Source: Saprospiraceae bacterium
GTDB taxonomy: Bacteria; Bacteroidota; Bacteroidia; Chitinophagales; Saprospiraceae
Assembly (NCBI GenBank): GCA_020630495.1
Contig: JAHDBH010000003.1
Location: 11,059-75,058, forward strand
Direction of reading: 5' to 3'
DNA: 64,000 nt
In this document: piece after piece, positions 29,309 through 38,553 of the stretch
How the letters are laid out: every line of letters begins with the position of its first letter
How positions within the stretch are numbered: the first letter of the stretch is position 1
Notes under the pieces: generated by a model
What the model was told of the DNA's origin: nothing
The model's database searches: none
Seen by the model: only the letters and a program-made list of their open reading frames with translations
Made by a program: the position numbers and the translations under genes

Positions 29309-29995
29309 TTGATAGACCTTTGCCCGAAAGGGCTCTCTGTGAACTGGACGAGGCAGTGGACACTGATCAAATATGATTTTCTCTTGGATTTCCGCCATAG
29401 ATTTTCTATCGGTAGTGTATTACTATACGCTGTTTTTTCTGTTTTCTTATGTCTGATTGCTTATCAAGACCCCGAGCTTGAGGCATGGAATCTCTTGTAC
29501 TGGGTGCTCCTGAGCTTCAGTGCCGTCATCTGGTCGATCAATGTATACGCTAAGGAAACATCTGAGCATAGACTATATTATTTTCAGCTCTTGCGCCCTC
29601 AGGAGCTGTGGCTCGCTAAGTGGGTCAGCGGGACGATTTTTTTACTGCTCATAGCCTTACTGCTCTGTCTATCTCTGATGGCACTGAGCTATGACCCGAT
29701 CATAGATTGGCGTAGGCAGCTTGCCGCCATGGGCCTCTCCTCTCTTACTCTCGCTGCGATACTGAGCTTTACCTCTGCTATCGGTAGTCTCAGCGATAGT
29801 CCAGCCGTGGTGAGTAGTATCATCAGTCTACCACTCATCTTACCTGTCCTGCTTCTTGGTCAGTACTTGACTGGCGTAGCAATGGATCTACGAGATCCAG
29901 CTGCTTACAATCAGTATATGATGTATCTAGCTGCCATCACGGTGATTGCATCAGGAGGCGCCATGGTTTTGATCAACTTTGTATGGAAAAACTAG
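29309..29995 (+). CDS. ccmB: Heme exporter permease CcmB-like membrane protein
   Basis: About six TM segments, about 220 aa, directly upstream of ccmC. The start (TTG) is uncertain. Confidence 0.6.
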   Translation: MIDLCPKGLSVNWTRQWTLIKYDFLLDFRHRFSIGSVLLYAVFSVFLCLIAYQDPELEAWNLLYWVLLSFSAVIWSINVYAKETSEHRLYYFQLLRPQELWLAKWVSGTIFLLLIALLLCLSLMALSYDPIIDWRRQLAAMGLSSLTLAAILSFTSAIGSLSDSPAVVSSIISLPLILPVLLLGQYLTGVAMDLRDPAAYNQYMMYLAAITVIASGGAMVLINFVWKN

Positions 29996-30005
29996 TTACC
30001 GTAGC

Positions 30006-31046
30006 ATGATCAAGTGGTGGAAAGTAGTCTGTATCATACTCCTCGTCTATGTACATATAGCAGGCCTCATAGTCCCTCTGAGGCAGGGAGTCCTGAGTAT
30101 AGATAAGCTGCGCTGTGATGCTGGTGAGGTCTGTGATATATCAATCAAGGTCTATCATGGATCGTACACTGATGACGAGCCGATCCATGCGTATCTTAAG
30201 TTTGACACATCGTACTACCTGGCTGCCTCTCGGGTAAGCGCTGTCAGTCACAATGAGCTGCAAGCTCGATTCCATATACCAGATTATCTTCCGAGCAGTG
30301 CAGAAGCCATCTATCCTTCGCTGTTGGTCTCTACTGATTCTGACGGTGCCATCACTCTACCACGGGCGCTTAGCTTAGCACAGGGGTCTGAGACCCGGCA
30401 GGATCTAGGTGCTGCCCTCTGGAGCAAGGAAGGGCGGCCTACACTCTATGCCAAGGAGTACTTGGCTTTCCCGTACAGAAACATACTGGTAGAGACTCTG
30501 CGTTGCCTCTACTACCATGTGCCCATGTGGTTTGCCATGATGTTGCTCTTTGGGATCAGCGCATGGCAGAGCCTCATGATCCTGATCAAGAAAGATTGGC
30601 ATCGCTCAGATAGGGTATATGCCATGAATGCCGTGGGTCTAGTGCTGGGGCTGCTGGGCATCATCACCGGTATGGTATGGGCACACAATACATGGGGGAA
30701 ATTTTGGAGTTGGGATATAAAGCAGACGACAAGCGCCATCTGCCTATTTATGTACGCCGCGTACTTCTTTCTCTATGCTGGAGTACGTGATGAGATGCAG
30801 CGAGTACGTCTCACGAGCGCCTACAATTTATTTTGCTTTAGCATGATGATTCCATTACTGTTCCTCATACCTAGGATGATGGACAGTTTGCATCCGGGTA
30901 ATGGCGGCAATCCAGCATTTGCCCAGGATGATTTAGACAATACTATGCGTCTGGTTTTCTATCCCGCCGTCATAGGCTATATGCTGCTGTCTTACTGGAT
31001 TGCAGATCTATATCACCGAGTCATCAAGCTATCGCGTGAGGAGTAG
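30006..31046 (+). CDS. ccmC: Cytochrome c maturation protein CcmC/CcsA family with a roughly 130-aa N-terminal extension
   Basis: Trp-rich heme-handling motif WAHNTWGKFWSWDIKQT with flanking TM helices. The Met at 30006 is used because the track start at 29979 overlaps ccmB. Confidence 0.8.
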   Translation: MIKWWKVVCIILLVYVHIAGLIVPLRQGVLSIDKLRCDAGEVCDISIKVYHGSYTDDEPIHAYLKFDTSYYLAASRVSAVSHNELQARFHIPDYLPSSAEAIYPSLLVSTDSDGAITLPRALSLAQGSETRQDLGAALWSKEGRPTLYAKEYLAFPYRNILVETLRCLYYHVPMWFAMMLLFGISAWQSLMILIKKDWHRSDRVYAMNAVGLVLGLLGIITGMVWAHNTWGKFWSWDIKQTTSAICLFMYAAYFFLYAGVRDEMQRVRLTSAYNLFCFSMMIPLLFLIPRMMDSLHPGNGGNPAFAQDDLDNTMRLVFYPAVIGYMLLSYWIADLYHRVIKLSREE

Positions 31047-31273
31047 ACTATGTGATGCTCATAAGGCTATCTGGCTCTCATACCTACTTACCATGTACGC
31101 GGTCGTAGGACCTAGTATTCTCATAAGTCATAGAGGAGAAGCGTCTTATCTATAGAGAGTATTTCATCTTGTGACGTCATGGGAGTATCACAAATGTGGC
31201 GGCTCTGTCGCCACATCCGAGAAATAAGAATAAAATTTTGTGAGAATTACACGAATTATTACAACTTTGGGAC

Positions 31274-31423
31274 ATGGATCAATTGTGGTACTCGGGAAAG
31301 TTTTGGGCTACGATCATAGTAGTACTCATCGTACTGGTGGGATTGTTTGCTTTTCTCATCCATATAGATCGCAAAGTGAATAGAATAGATCAATCAAAAA
31401 CTGTAACCAAGCTGCGCGAATGA
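31274..31423 (+). CDS. CcmD-like small single-TM protein (49 aa; below the ORF-track size cutoff)
   Basis: Hand translation gives MDQLWYSGKFWATIIVVLIVLVGLFAFLIHIDRKVNRIDQSKTVTKLRE. One TM is followed by a D-R-K-x-x-x-I/L motif, as in the Bacteroidota alternative CcmD family. The stop overlaps the gdh ATG (ATGA). Confidence 0.5.
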   Translation: MDQLWYSGKFWATIIVVLIVLVGLFAFLIHIDRKVNRIDQSKTVTKLRE

Positions 31424-32841
31424 AAAACTACCAACCGCCCTCCTTTCTCGAGAGTGTCAATGAAAATTTTGAGAGAGCGGCCGCCGTATCTGGCATCCCC
31501 AAAGGACTGCTAGCCCAGATACAGACCTGTAATTCCATCTATCAGATGAATTTCCCAGTGAAGATTGGGAATCAGTACAAAGTGGTGACGGCCTTTAGGG
31601 TACAGCACAGTCATCACAGATTACCGACTAAGGGTGGTATCCGATATTCGATTCACGTCAATCAAGATGAGGTGATGGCACTAGCTGCTCTCATGACGTA
31701 TAAGTGTGCTATCGTAGATGTACCATTTGGAGGTGCCAAGGGTGGTGTGAAGATCACGCCATGGAAATATACGGAGGAGCAACTCGAGCGTATCACGCGC
31801 CGCTATACCACAGAGCTGATCAGGAAAGATTTTATAGGTCCTGGAATCGATGTGCCAGCTCCTGACTATGGTACAGGTAGCCGAGAGATGGCGTGGATAC
31901 TAGATACCTACCAGACATTCAATGGTGGAGAGATAGACTCAGCAGGTTGCGTCACAGGTAAGCCCGTCAATCAAAATGGTATCCGTGGAAGGACTGAGGC
32001 CACCGGCCGTGGTGTTTACTATGGATTGGTGCAGCTGCTCTCCTATGCTGATGACATGAAAGAAATAGGTCTCAAGACTGGTATGGCTGGAAAGACGCTG
32101 GTCATACAGGGGCTCGGAAATGTGGGTTACTACACGGGTAAGATCTGCCAAGAAGAAGGTGATGCCAAGATCATCGCTGTGTCAGAATATGAAGGAGCCA
32201 TACATAGCCCTGACGGTATCGATGTAGACAAGCTCTACAAATTCAGACAAAAGACTGGCAGTATCATGGGATTTCCTGGTACTACCAATATGAAATCTCG
32301 CGAGCAGGCTCTAGAGCTCAAGTGTGATATACTTATTCCCGCCGCTCTGGAGAATCAGATCACTATGCTCAATGCTAAGAAGATCAAGGCTAAGATCATA
32401 GCCGAGGCAGCCAATGGCCCAGTATCTGCCGATGCCGATGCCTACTTGCGTGACAAAGGCGTGATCATAGTACCAGATATGTATCTCAATGCTGGTGGTG
32501 TGACGGTCAGCTACTTTGAGTGGCTTAAGAATCTATCGCACATGAGATTTGGTAGGATGGAGAAGAGATTTAATCAGAACACGTACACGCTCTTTGCAGA
32601 AAAGCTGGAAGCCATGACTGGCAAAAGCATCACCGCTAAGGAGCGTCGTATGCTCACCAAAGGTGCCGACGAAGTGGATCTCGTACGCAGTGGATTGGAA
32701 GAAACTATGGTGACCGCCTACGATCAAATACGCGAAATTCTCCGACGTAAAAAATCAGTGACAGATCTGAGAACAGCAGCTTTTCTAAGTGCTCTCAATA
32801 AGGTCTCGAGCGACTATATGAATAAAGGGATATTCCCATAA
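31420..32841 (+). CDS. Glu/Leu/Phe/Val-family dehydrogenase (glutamate dehydrogenase)
   Basis: KGGIRY and the catalytic PFGGAKGGVKI motif. Rossmann fold VIQGLGNVGYY. Confidence 0.9.
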   Translation: MKNYQPPSFLESVNENFERAAAVSGIPKGLLAQIQTCNSIYQMNFPVKIGNQYKVVTAFRVQHSHHRLPTKGGIRYSIHVNQDEVMALAALMTYKCAIVDVPFGGAKGGVKITPWKYTEEQLERITRRYTTELIRKDFIGPGIDVPAPDYGTGSREMAWILDTYQTFNGGEIDSAGCVTGKPVNQNGIRGRTEATGRGVYYGLVQLLSYADDMKEIGLKTGMAGKTLVIQGLGNVGYYTGKICQEEGDAKIIAVSEYEGAIHSPDGIDVDKLYKFRQKTGSIMGFPGTTNMKSREQALELKCDILIPAALENQITMLNAKKIKAKIIAEAANGPVSADADAYLRDKGVIIVPDMYLNAGGVTVSYFEWLKNLSHMRFGRMEKRFNQNTYTLFAEKLEAMTGKSITAKERRMLTKGADEVDLVRSGLEETMVTAYDQIREILRRKKSVTDLRTAAFLSALNKVSSDYMNKGIFP

Positions 32842-32863
32842 AAAAATAGCACACCCACACATC

Positions 32864-33352
32864 ATGAGACTAGACAAGACGGACTTCAAGATCATGAGGA
32901 TCTTGCAAGAGAATAGTAAAATAACCAACCTCGATCTCTCTAAGCGTATAGGACTATCTCCTGCACCTACCCTGGAGAGGGTGAAGAAATTGGAAAATGG
33001 AGGAGCCATCAAGAGTTACCACGCTGTACTCGATGCCGAGCTCATGGGTATCAAGGTGCAGACCTTTGTACTGGTAGTCATCGACTGGCAAAAGGAAAAT
33101 GCTCTAGATCGGTTCATCGAGCACATGAAGAGCTTTGATGCGATCGTAGAGTGCCACATCATTACAGGCGAGGCAGATGCACTGCTCAAGATTCAGTGCA
33201 AAGACATCGCTAGCTATGAGAAGCTGCTATTTGGTGAAATATCATCCTTACAGGAAGTGGAACGTATCAAGACACTCATGACTCTGAGCAGTGTCAAGAA
33301 ATCTAATATCTTACCCATCGAATACGAGATCCAAGGCAAGATAGTTGTCTGA
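32864..33352 (+). CDS. Lrp/AsnC-family transcriptional regulator
   Basis: HTH ILQENSKITNLDLSKRIGLSPAPTLERVKKLE followed by a RAM-type ligand domain. Confidence 0.9.
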   Translation: MRLDKTDFKIMRILQENSKITNLDLSKRIGLSPAPTLERVKKLENGGAIKSYHAVLDAELMGIKVQTFVLVVIDWQKENALDRFIEHMKSFDAIVECHIITGEADALLKIQCKDIASYEKLLFGEISSLQEVERIKTLMTLSSVKKSNILPIEYEIQGKIVV

Positions 33353-34124
33353 GTCCGTGTTATATCGCCTACGCTCTGGCGATCAAGTGCATTACTTGCT
33401 AGGAACCATGCATGTATCCAATCAGGATACAGCACACTGGCTCGAGCTGGCTCGTGAAGTGCTTCATGAGTGCACACACTTCTATGCAGAGTCTCCATTG
33501 GACGAACTCAGTCAGTGGACTCCAGAGCCTCCCGCAGATTTTGATCTCCAGGAAGAGCTGGGATCGCGTGAGTATAGTCGGTATCGTGAGATACTGCAGA
33601 AGTCTATGGGCATTGACATGGCGATGTATCGCTATATGAATCCATTCTGGATCACGGCACTCATGTCTATGAAAGTCCTTGGAGCTCGAGGTAGAGGGAT
33701 GGACGAGCTCTTATGGGAGCAAGCTCAGGGCCTTGGACTCATCACTGGTGGTGTGGAATCTGCTAGAGCTCATAGGACCATTTATGACCAGTTGTCGCCT
33801 CAAGATCAAGTCAAGCATTTGCGCGAAAGCGCCAGCAATATATCGAAATTCAGGAAGCTCCATCTCAAGATCAGTATGCTCTATCGCGAGGGTGATCTGC
33901 ATGGACTGTATCGACGCAGTTATCAGAGCCTTGGGCGGCAACGAGATCTGATGATCCGTGAGCGCAATCCGGCGATGCTGGACAAGGTACTCTCTATCAT
34001 GATCACGGATATGCGGGCACTCATATCTGTGGGTGTAGCACACCTAGGAGGATTTCACGGCCTCATCAGAGGCTTGAAGGTACAGGGTGTCTCATGTGAG
34101 CCAATATCAGCGGATAACGTATAG
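33345..34124 (+). CDS. TraB/GumN-family protein
   Basis: N-terminal LLGTMHV motif and C-terminal VGVAHLGG motif, typical of the family. Confidence 0.7.
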   Translation: MSESVLYRLRSGDQVHYLLGTMHVSNQDTAHWLELAREVLHECTHFYAESPLDELSQWTPEPPADFDLQEELGSREYSRYREILQKSMGIDMAMYRYMNPFWITALMSMKVLGARGRGMDELLWEQAQGLGLITGGVESARAHRTIYDQLSPQDQVKHLRESASNISKFRKLHLKISMLYREGDLHGLYRRSYQSLGRQRDLMIRERNPAMLDKVLSIMITDMRALISVGVAHLGGFHGLIRGLKVQGVSCEPISADNV

Positions 34125-34157
34125 AAACTTCTGCGGCGATCACGTGTTTCCTAAACC

Positions 34158-36473
34158 ATGCTAAAGACTTTTTCGCTGATAGTACTGATCTGTCTATCCC
34201 TGTGCGCGAGTGCTCAGGAGACAGGACGGGTGTACGGCTCTGTCACGGATCTGTCTAGCTCTGAGCCACTTGTAGGTGCCAGTATATCACTCCTGGATAG
34301 CGCTCTTACAGGCGCGAGCACAGACCTCGATGGCTATTATACTCTGGAGATATCTCGCTTCCCTGCTTCCCTGCTAGTGAGCTATATCGGCTACCAATCT
34401 GATACCGTGTCGGTGATGGTGCCAGGCCGTATGGATTTAGCTCTCAGTGCTGGTATCCGTATCTCAGATATCGTGATAGATGCTGCTACATTTGGCGGGA
34501 GAGTAGAGGATGCACGTATGGGTGCCATCACCCTTGATCCCAAGGATATCCGTCTCATGCCAGCACTGTTTGGTGAAGTAGATGTACTCAAGTCGCTGCA
34601 GCTACTGCCAGGGGTGCAGAGTGCCGGAGAGGGTAGCTCGGGATACTATGTGCGCGGAGGAGCTCCAGATCAGAATTTAGTCCTCCTCGATGGAGCGACG
34701 GTATACAATCCTGGACACTTACTAGGATTTTTTTCTGTCTTCAATCCAGATATCCTTGGCAATGTGACGCTGTACAAGGGCAGCGTCCCAGCTCACTATG
34801 GTGGACGGCTATCGTCGACACTCCTAGTGGAGACTAGCTCCTCTGAGAATGACTGGGAAGTGAACGGTGGTATAGGGCTGGTAAGCAGTCGTGTACAAGT
34901 CTCTGGACCTCTGGGGCGTAAGACAGGCGTGACACTATCAGGCCGGAGGACCTATCTCCTAGATCTGGCGCAGCCGCTTATCAAGAACACAGATTTTGCT
35001 GGCACCAATTACTTCTTTCACGATTACTCTCTCAGGATTGATCACGAGCTCACAGAGCGAGACCATCTATATTTCTCCAGTTATCTAGGAAGGGACAGAT
35101 TTTCATTTAACAATGTAGACAATGGTATCCAGTTTGATCTGCCATACGGAAATACGATAGGGTCTATTCACTGGGATCGACAGATCAGCGATAGATGGAA
35201 GTCATCCCTCTTAGTATCGTACTCAGACTACCGCTTTGAAGTGTCAGGTGCGCAGGAGGGATTTGAGTTTTTGCTCGAGTCTGGTGTACGCGATCTATCT
35301 GCGGCATATCGACTATTACATCTTTCGCCAGGCGGCGGTACCCTAGGCATAGGAGCAGAGTATCACCACTTTAGGCTGCAGCCCAATATTCTATCCGCTG
35401 AGATAGAAGGGGAGGCGTTTACACCCAAGTTGGCCACTAAGTATGGACAGCAGATGGCAATCACCAGTCAGTACGACCGCGATCTCACTGAGCGATGGCG
35501 CATGGGCGCTGGTCTGAGATTGCAGAGTTATCAGAATGTAGGTCCAGTGGAAGCTGATGGATCTGGTCTGCGTCGGCCTCTAGAAGTCATCAAGAGTTAC
35601 TACTATGCTGATCCCACGCTTTCTCTTCGCTACCAAGTGGATGAGCACACATCCCTCAAGGCAGAAACCAGCATCACACATCAGAGCTTACATCTCGTGA
35701 GTCAAAGCACCAGTACCATACCATCTGACCTCTGGGTAGGCTCTAGCGAGCGCATCAGGCCACAGCGCGCTGAGCAGATCAGTGTAGGGTATTTTGGCGA
35801 AAGCCAGACCGCCGCCTACGAGTGGAGCGTAGAACTCTATTACAAGCGCTTACATCACCAGTTAGATTACCGCGATGACTTTGTAGACAACTTTGCAGAA
35901 GATATCGAAAATCAATTTGTAGCAGGGCAGGGTAGAGCCCATGGAGCAGAGTTTTACTTTCGTAAAAACAAGGGGCAATTTACAGGTTGGCTCTCTTATA
36001 CCTACTCTCGGGCTTTGAGGAGCTTTGATGAGATAGAGGATGGTCGTGAATTTCCTACTGTATATGATCGCCCTCACGACCTGAGTATCGTAGGTATCTA
36101 TGAACTGAGTGATAGATGGTCTGTAAGTGGCACCTTCATCTACACCAGCGGTCGGCGATACACACCCATCCAGAGCGTTTACTTCATAGAGCAAAATTTG
36201 GTCTCCAGATATGGGCCACGCAATAGTGCTAGATTACCGGACTATCATCGTCTCGATATAGCAGCGACTTATACTCGTCACCCCAGCTCTACCAAGCGTT
36301 GGCAGTCGTCTTGGACATTTGGTGTGTACAATGTCTATGTGCGCAAAAACACGTTTTTCACCTTTACAGATCTAGATGTGGATGCAGACAGCGGCATAGC
36401 CTCCGCTAGTGCGCAGAACTTTGCTCTCTTCCCATTTGTCCCATCAGTCACCTGGAATTTTACATGGAATTAA
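34158..36473 (+). CDS. TonB-dependent receptor with an N-terminal carboxypeptidase-regulatory-like domain
   Basis: Signal peptide, GRVYGSVTD...EPLVGASISL, plug region (VLKSLQLLPGV, YVRGG...N..LLDG) and a barrel ending in an aromatic residue (NFTWN). Confidence 0.85.
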   Translation: MLKTFSLIVLICLSLCASAQETGRVYGSVTDLSSSEPLVGASISLLDSALTGASTDLDGYYTLEISRFPASLLVSYIGYQSDTVSVMVPGRMDLALSAGIRISDIVIDAATFGGRVEDARMGAITLDPKDIRLMPALFGEVDVLKSLQLLPGVQSAGEGSSGYYVRGGAPDQNLVLLDGATVYNPGHLLGFFSVFNPDILGNVTLYKGSVPAHYGGRLSSTLLVETSSSENDWEVNGGIGLVSSRVQVSGPLGRKTGVTLSGRRTYLLDLAQPLIKNTDFAGTNYFFHDYSLRIDHELTERDHLYFSSYLGRDRFSFNNVDNGIQFDLPYGNTIGSIHWDRQISDRWKSSLLVSYSDYRFEVSGAQEGFEFLLESGVRDLSAAYRLLHLSPGGGTLGIGAEYHHFRLQPNILSAEIEGEAFTPKLATKYGQQMAITSQYDRDLTERWRMGAGLRLQSYQNVGPVEADGSGLRRPLEVIKSYYYADPTLSLRYQVDEHTSLKAETSITHQSLHLVSQSTSTIPSDLWVGSSERIRPQRAEQISVGYFGESQTAAYEWSVELYYKRLHHQLDYRDDFVDNFAEDIENQFVAGQGRAHGAEFYFRKNKGQFTGWLSYTYSRALRSFDEIEDGREFPTVYDRPHDLSIVGIYELSDRWSVSGTFIYTSGRRYTPIQSVYFIEQNLVSRYGPRNSARLPDYHRLDIAATYTRHPSSTKRWQSSWTFGVYNVYVRKNTFFTFTDLDVDADSGIASASAQNFALFPFVPSVTWNFTWN

Positions 36474-37387
36474 TGAAATACTGCATCTATTCATTTTTGA
36501 TCCTACTCCTGCTCGGCTGTGCTACACCAGTGGAACCCGACCAAGAGATATTTATAGAAGAGATCGTAGTCGAGGGATATATAGAAGCAGGACCAGGCGC
36601 TAATCCTCCCTTTGTGCTGCTGAGTCGTAGCACTGCCTTTCTTGATAGCATATCCGCAGAAAATATCAACGAGGCCATCATCCGAGATGCACGAGTGCGC
36701 ATAGATGACGGTACAGATAGCTACGAACTCACTCCCATCTGCCTCAGCACACTAGACAGTGCTATAGCCACTCTGATCAGAGACCAGCTGAGATTACCTG
36801 CCACAAGTGCTCTGGATCCATGCGTATATCTTGACGTCAGTAATTCTATTATTGCTGAGAGTGGCAGTAGCTACCGATTGCTGATCGAGGTAGACGATCT
36901 CGTACTCACTGCTGAGACTAAGATACCTGACTTCATCCCCTTAGAGGACTTTGAGTGGTCTGATGCACCTGGCACTCTGGGCGCGGGATTTCGTCAGCTC
37001 AAGACTCGTATCAGCGATCCTGTAGACACACTCAATTACTATAGATATCTCACCTCCATCAATGACGGACCATTCCTGGCGGGTCTGGCAAGTGTGACGG
37101 ATGATGCGCTGTTTGACGGACAGTCGTTTGACGTGACCTTACAGAAATCTGAGCCACCTGGTGAGCCATTTGATGATGAGTATGGACTCTACGAGGTAGG
37201 TGATACGGTCGGCATCAGATGGATGACACTGGATGAGCAGCACTTCGACTTTTGGAATACTCTAGAGTTTAGTCGCGCCAATCAAGGGCCATTTGCAGGG
37301 TATACTCGCGTGAGGAGTAATATCTCTGGAGGTATAGGCATATGGGGAGGCGCGCATGTAGATATTTACAATCTTATCGTAGAGTAA
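36464..37387 (+). CDS. DUF4249-type lipoprotein (usual partner of this TonB-receptor class)
   Basis: Lipobox LLLLGC. The start overlaps the receptor stop by 10 nt. The C-terminal GGIGIWGG motif is typical of DUF4249. Confidence 0.65.
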   Translation: MELMKYCIYSFLILLLLGCATPVEPDQEIFIEEIVVEGYIEAGPGANPPFVLLSRSTAFLDSISAENINEAIIRDARVRIDDGTDSYELTPICLSTLDSAIATLIRDQLRLPATSALDPCVYLDVSNSIIAESGSSYRLLIEVDDLVLTAETKIPDFIPLEDFEWSDAPGTLGAGFRQLKTRISDPVDTLNYYRYLTSINDGPFLAGLASVTDDALFDGQSFDVTLQKSEPPGEPFDDEYGLYEVGDTVGIRWMTLDEQHFDFWNTLEFSRANQGPFAGYTRVRSNISGGIGIWGGAHVDIYNLIVE

Positions 37388-37722
37388 TGAAGAATAAAAC
37401 ATCAGAGATCGTCCTCAAAGTGGAGCTCAATCAAGAATCTATACCCGAGCAGATCACCTGGGTATCTCAGGACGGCGGCGCGCCAGAGGCGGAGTGCAAA
37501 GCATTTATGCTATCCATATTTGATAGGGACAGCCGAGAGACGCTCAAGATAGATCTGTGGACACAAGACATGCAGATCCAGGAAATGGACAGATTTTTCT
37601 ATCATACTCTGAGGAGTATGGCCTCGAGCTATCGTAGGGCTACAAGCAATACTGAGCTATCTGGAGAGATGGATCAATTTGCTGAGCACTTTGGAAAGCG
37701 GATAGGCTTTCTTGCTGAGTAG
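37387..37722 (+). CDS. gldC: Gliding-motility protein GldC
   Basis: MKNKTSEIVLKVELNQESIPEQITW...KIDLWTQDMQIQEMDRFFYHTL matches the remembered GldC pattern (SEI.F.VELDE..VPE.I.W...IDLWTKDM..EM..F), with a length of about 111 aa. TAATG overlap with the upstream gene. Confidence 0.8.
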   Translation: MKNKTSEIVLKVELNQESIPEQITWVSQDGGAPEAECKAFMLSIFDRDSRETLKIDLWTQDMQIQEMDRFFYHTLRSMASSYRRATSNTELSGEMDQFAEHFGKRIGFLAE

Positions 37723-37724
37723 AG

Positions 37725-38480
37725 CTACTGCTGTGCACCACCAAGCGTGTCCTTGCGGACAAAACTGACCGTCTGCACGCGCTCATCATTGCGAATCTTG
37801 ACAAGCATTTCCTGAGGCGTGATCTTACTATCATCGTACTTCACCTGGAGAAAATTAAAATTAGGCACCATCGCTGGGTCGATTTCCATGGAGTAGGCTT
37901 TATAGCTTTTGACCCACTGTGTCATATCTACTTCTGGCTTGAGTTGGACACGCATTTTATTAGGCTCCATGGTCTCAGGGAAAGATTCCTCTGGCATATC
38001 GGTGACTTTCATCCAGTCGCCCGTATTGGCGATTTTGTCCATCATGCGCTCCAGTTCTACGAGCTCGGCAGGTCTGTCAAATACCCCTTTGACCGACTTA
38101 GGCCCACTTTTGAGATGATGTGTGAGGGTCACAGACTGTGCGTCCGCCACGTAGGTCTCGTACTCGTCAGGTCTAGAGAGAAAGTCCGCTTTGTCAAATG
38201 CCGCCTTGAGCTCCTTGTACTGCTCCTTAGTGATGCTTCGCTTAAAGAGTCCAATCTTATCTGTATTGGACTTACCTACATAGAGCGCAGTCAGGTCGTC
38301 TTGTATGGTCAGCGTAAACTGAGGACATTTGCCAAAGCAAGGTGATTTATACATTTCCATCACAGGATCTCCTGTCTTCACGGGATCAGCTTCGATCATA
38401 TTTTTCTTGGCGGCGCAAGAGCTTAGGCCTAGGACCAATGATGATAGAGCGAGTAGAGCGTAAACTTTCATAGTGTTCAT
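37725..38480 (-). CDS. Hypothetical lipoprotein (DUF6438-like N-domain)
   Basis: Lipobox LGLSSC, then a SPCFGKCPQF motif. Confidence 0.5.
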   Translation of the reverse strand: MNTMKVYALLALSSLVLGLSSCAAKKNMIEADPVKTGDPVMEMYKSPCFGKCPQFTLTIQDDLTALYVGKSNTDKIGLFKRSITKEQYKELKAAFDKADFLSRPDEYETYVADAQSVTLTHHLKSGPKSVKGVFDRPAELVELERMMDKIANTGDWMKVTDMPEESFPETMEPNKMRVQLKPEVDMTQWVKSYKAYSMEIDPAMVPNFNFLQVKYDDSKITPQEMLVKIRNDERVQTVSFVRKDTLGGAQQ

Positions 38481-38553
38481 TTTGTGTTAGGACGGGACTT
38501 TCGTCCAAATGTGTCTTATAGAAAAGCTAAAGTAAGGTCCATACCACAGAAAT

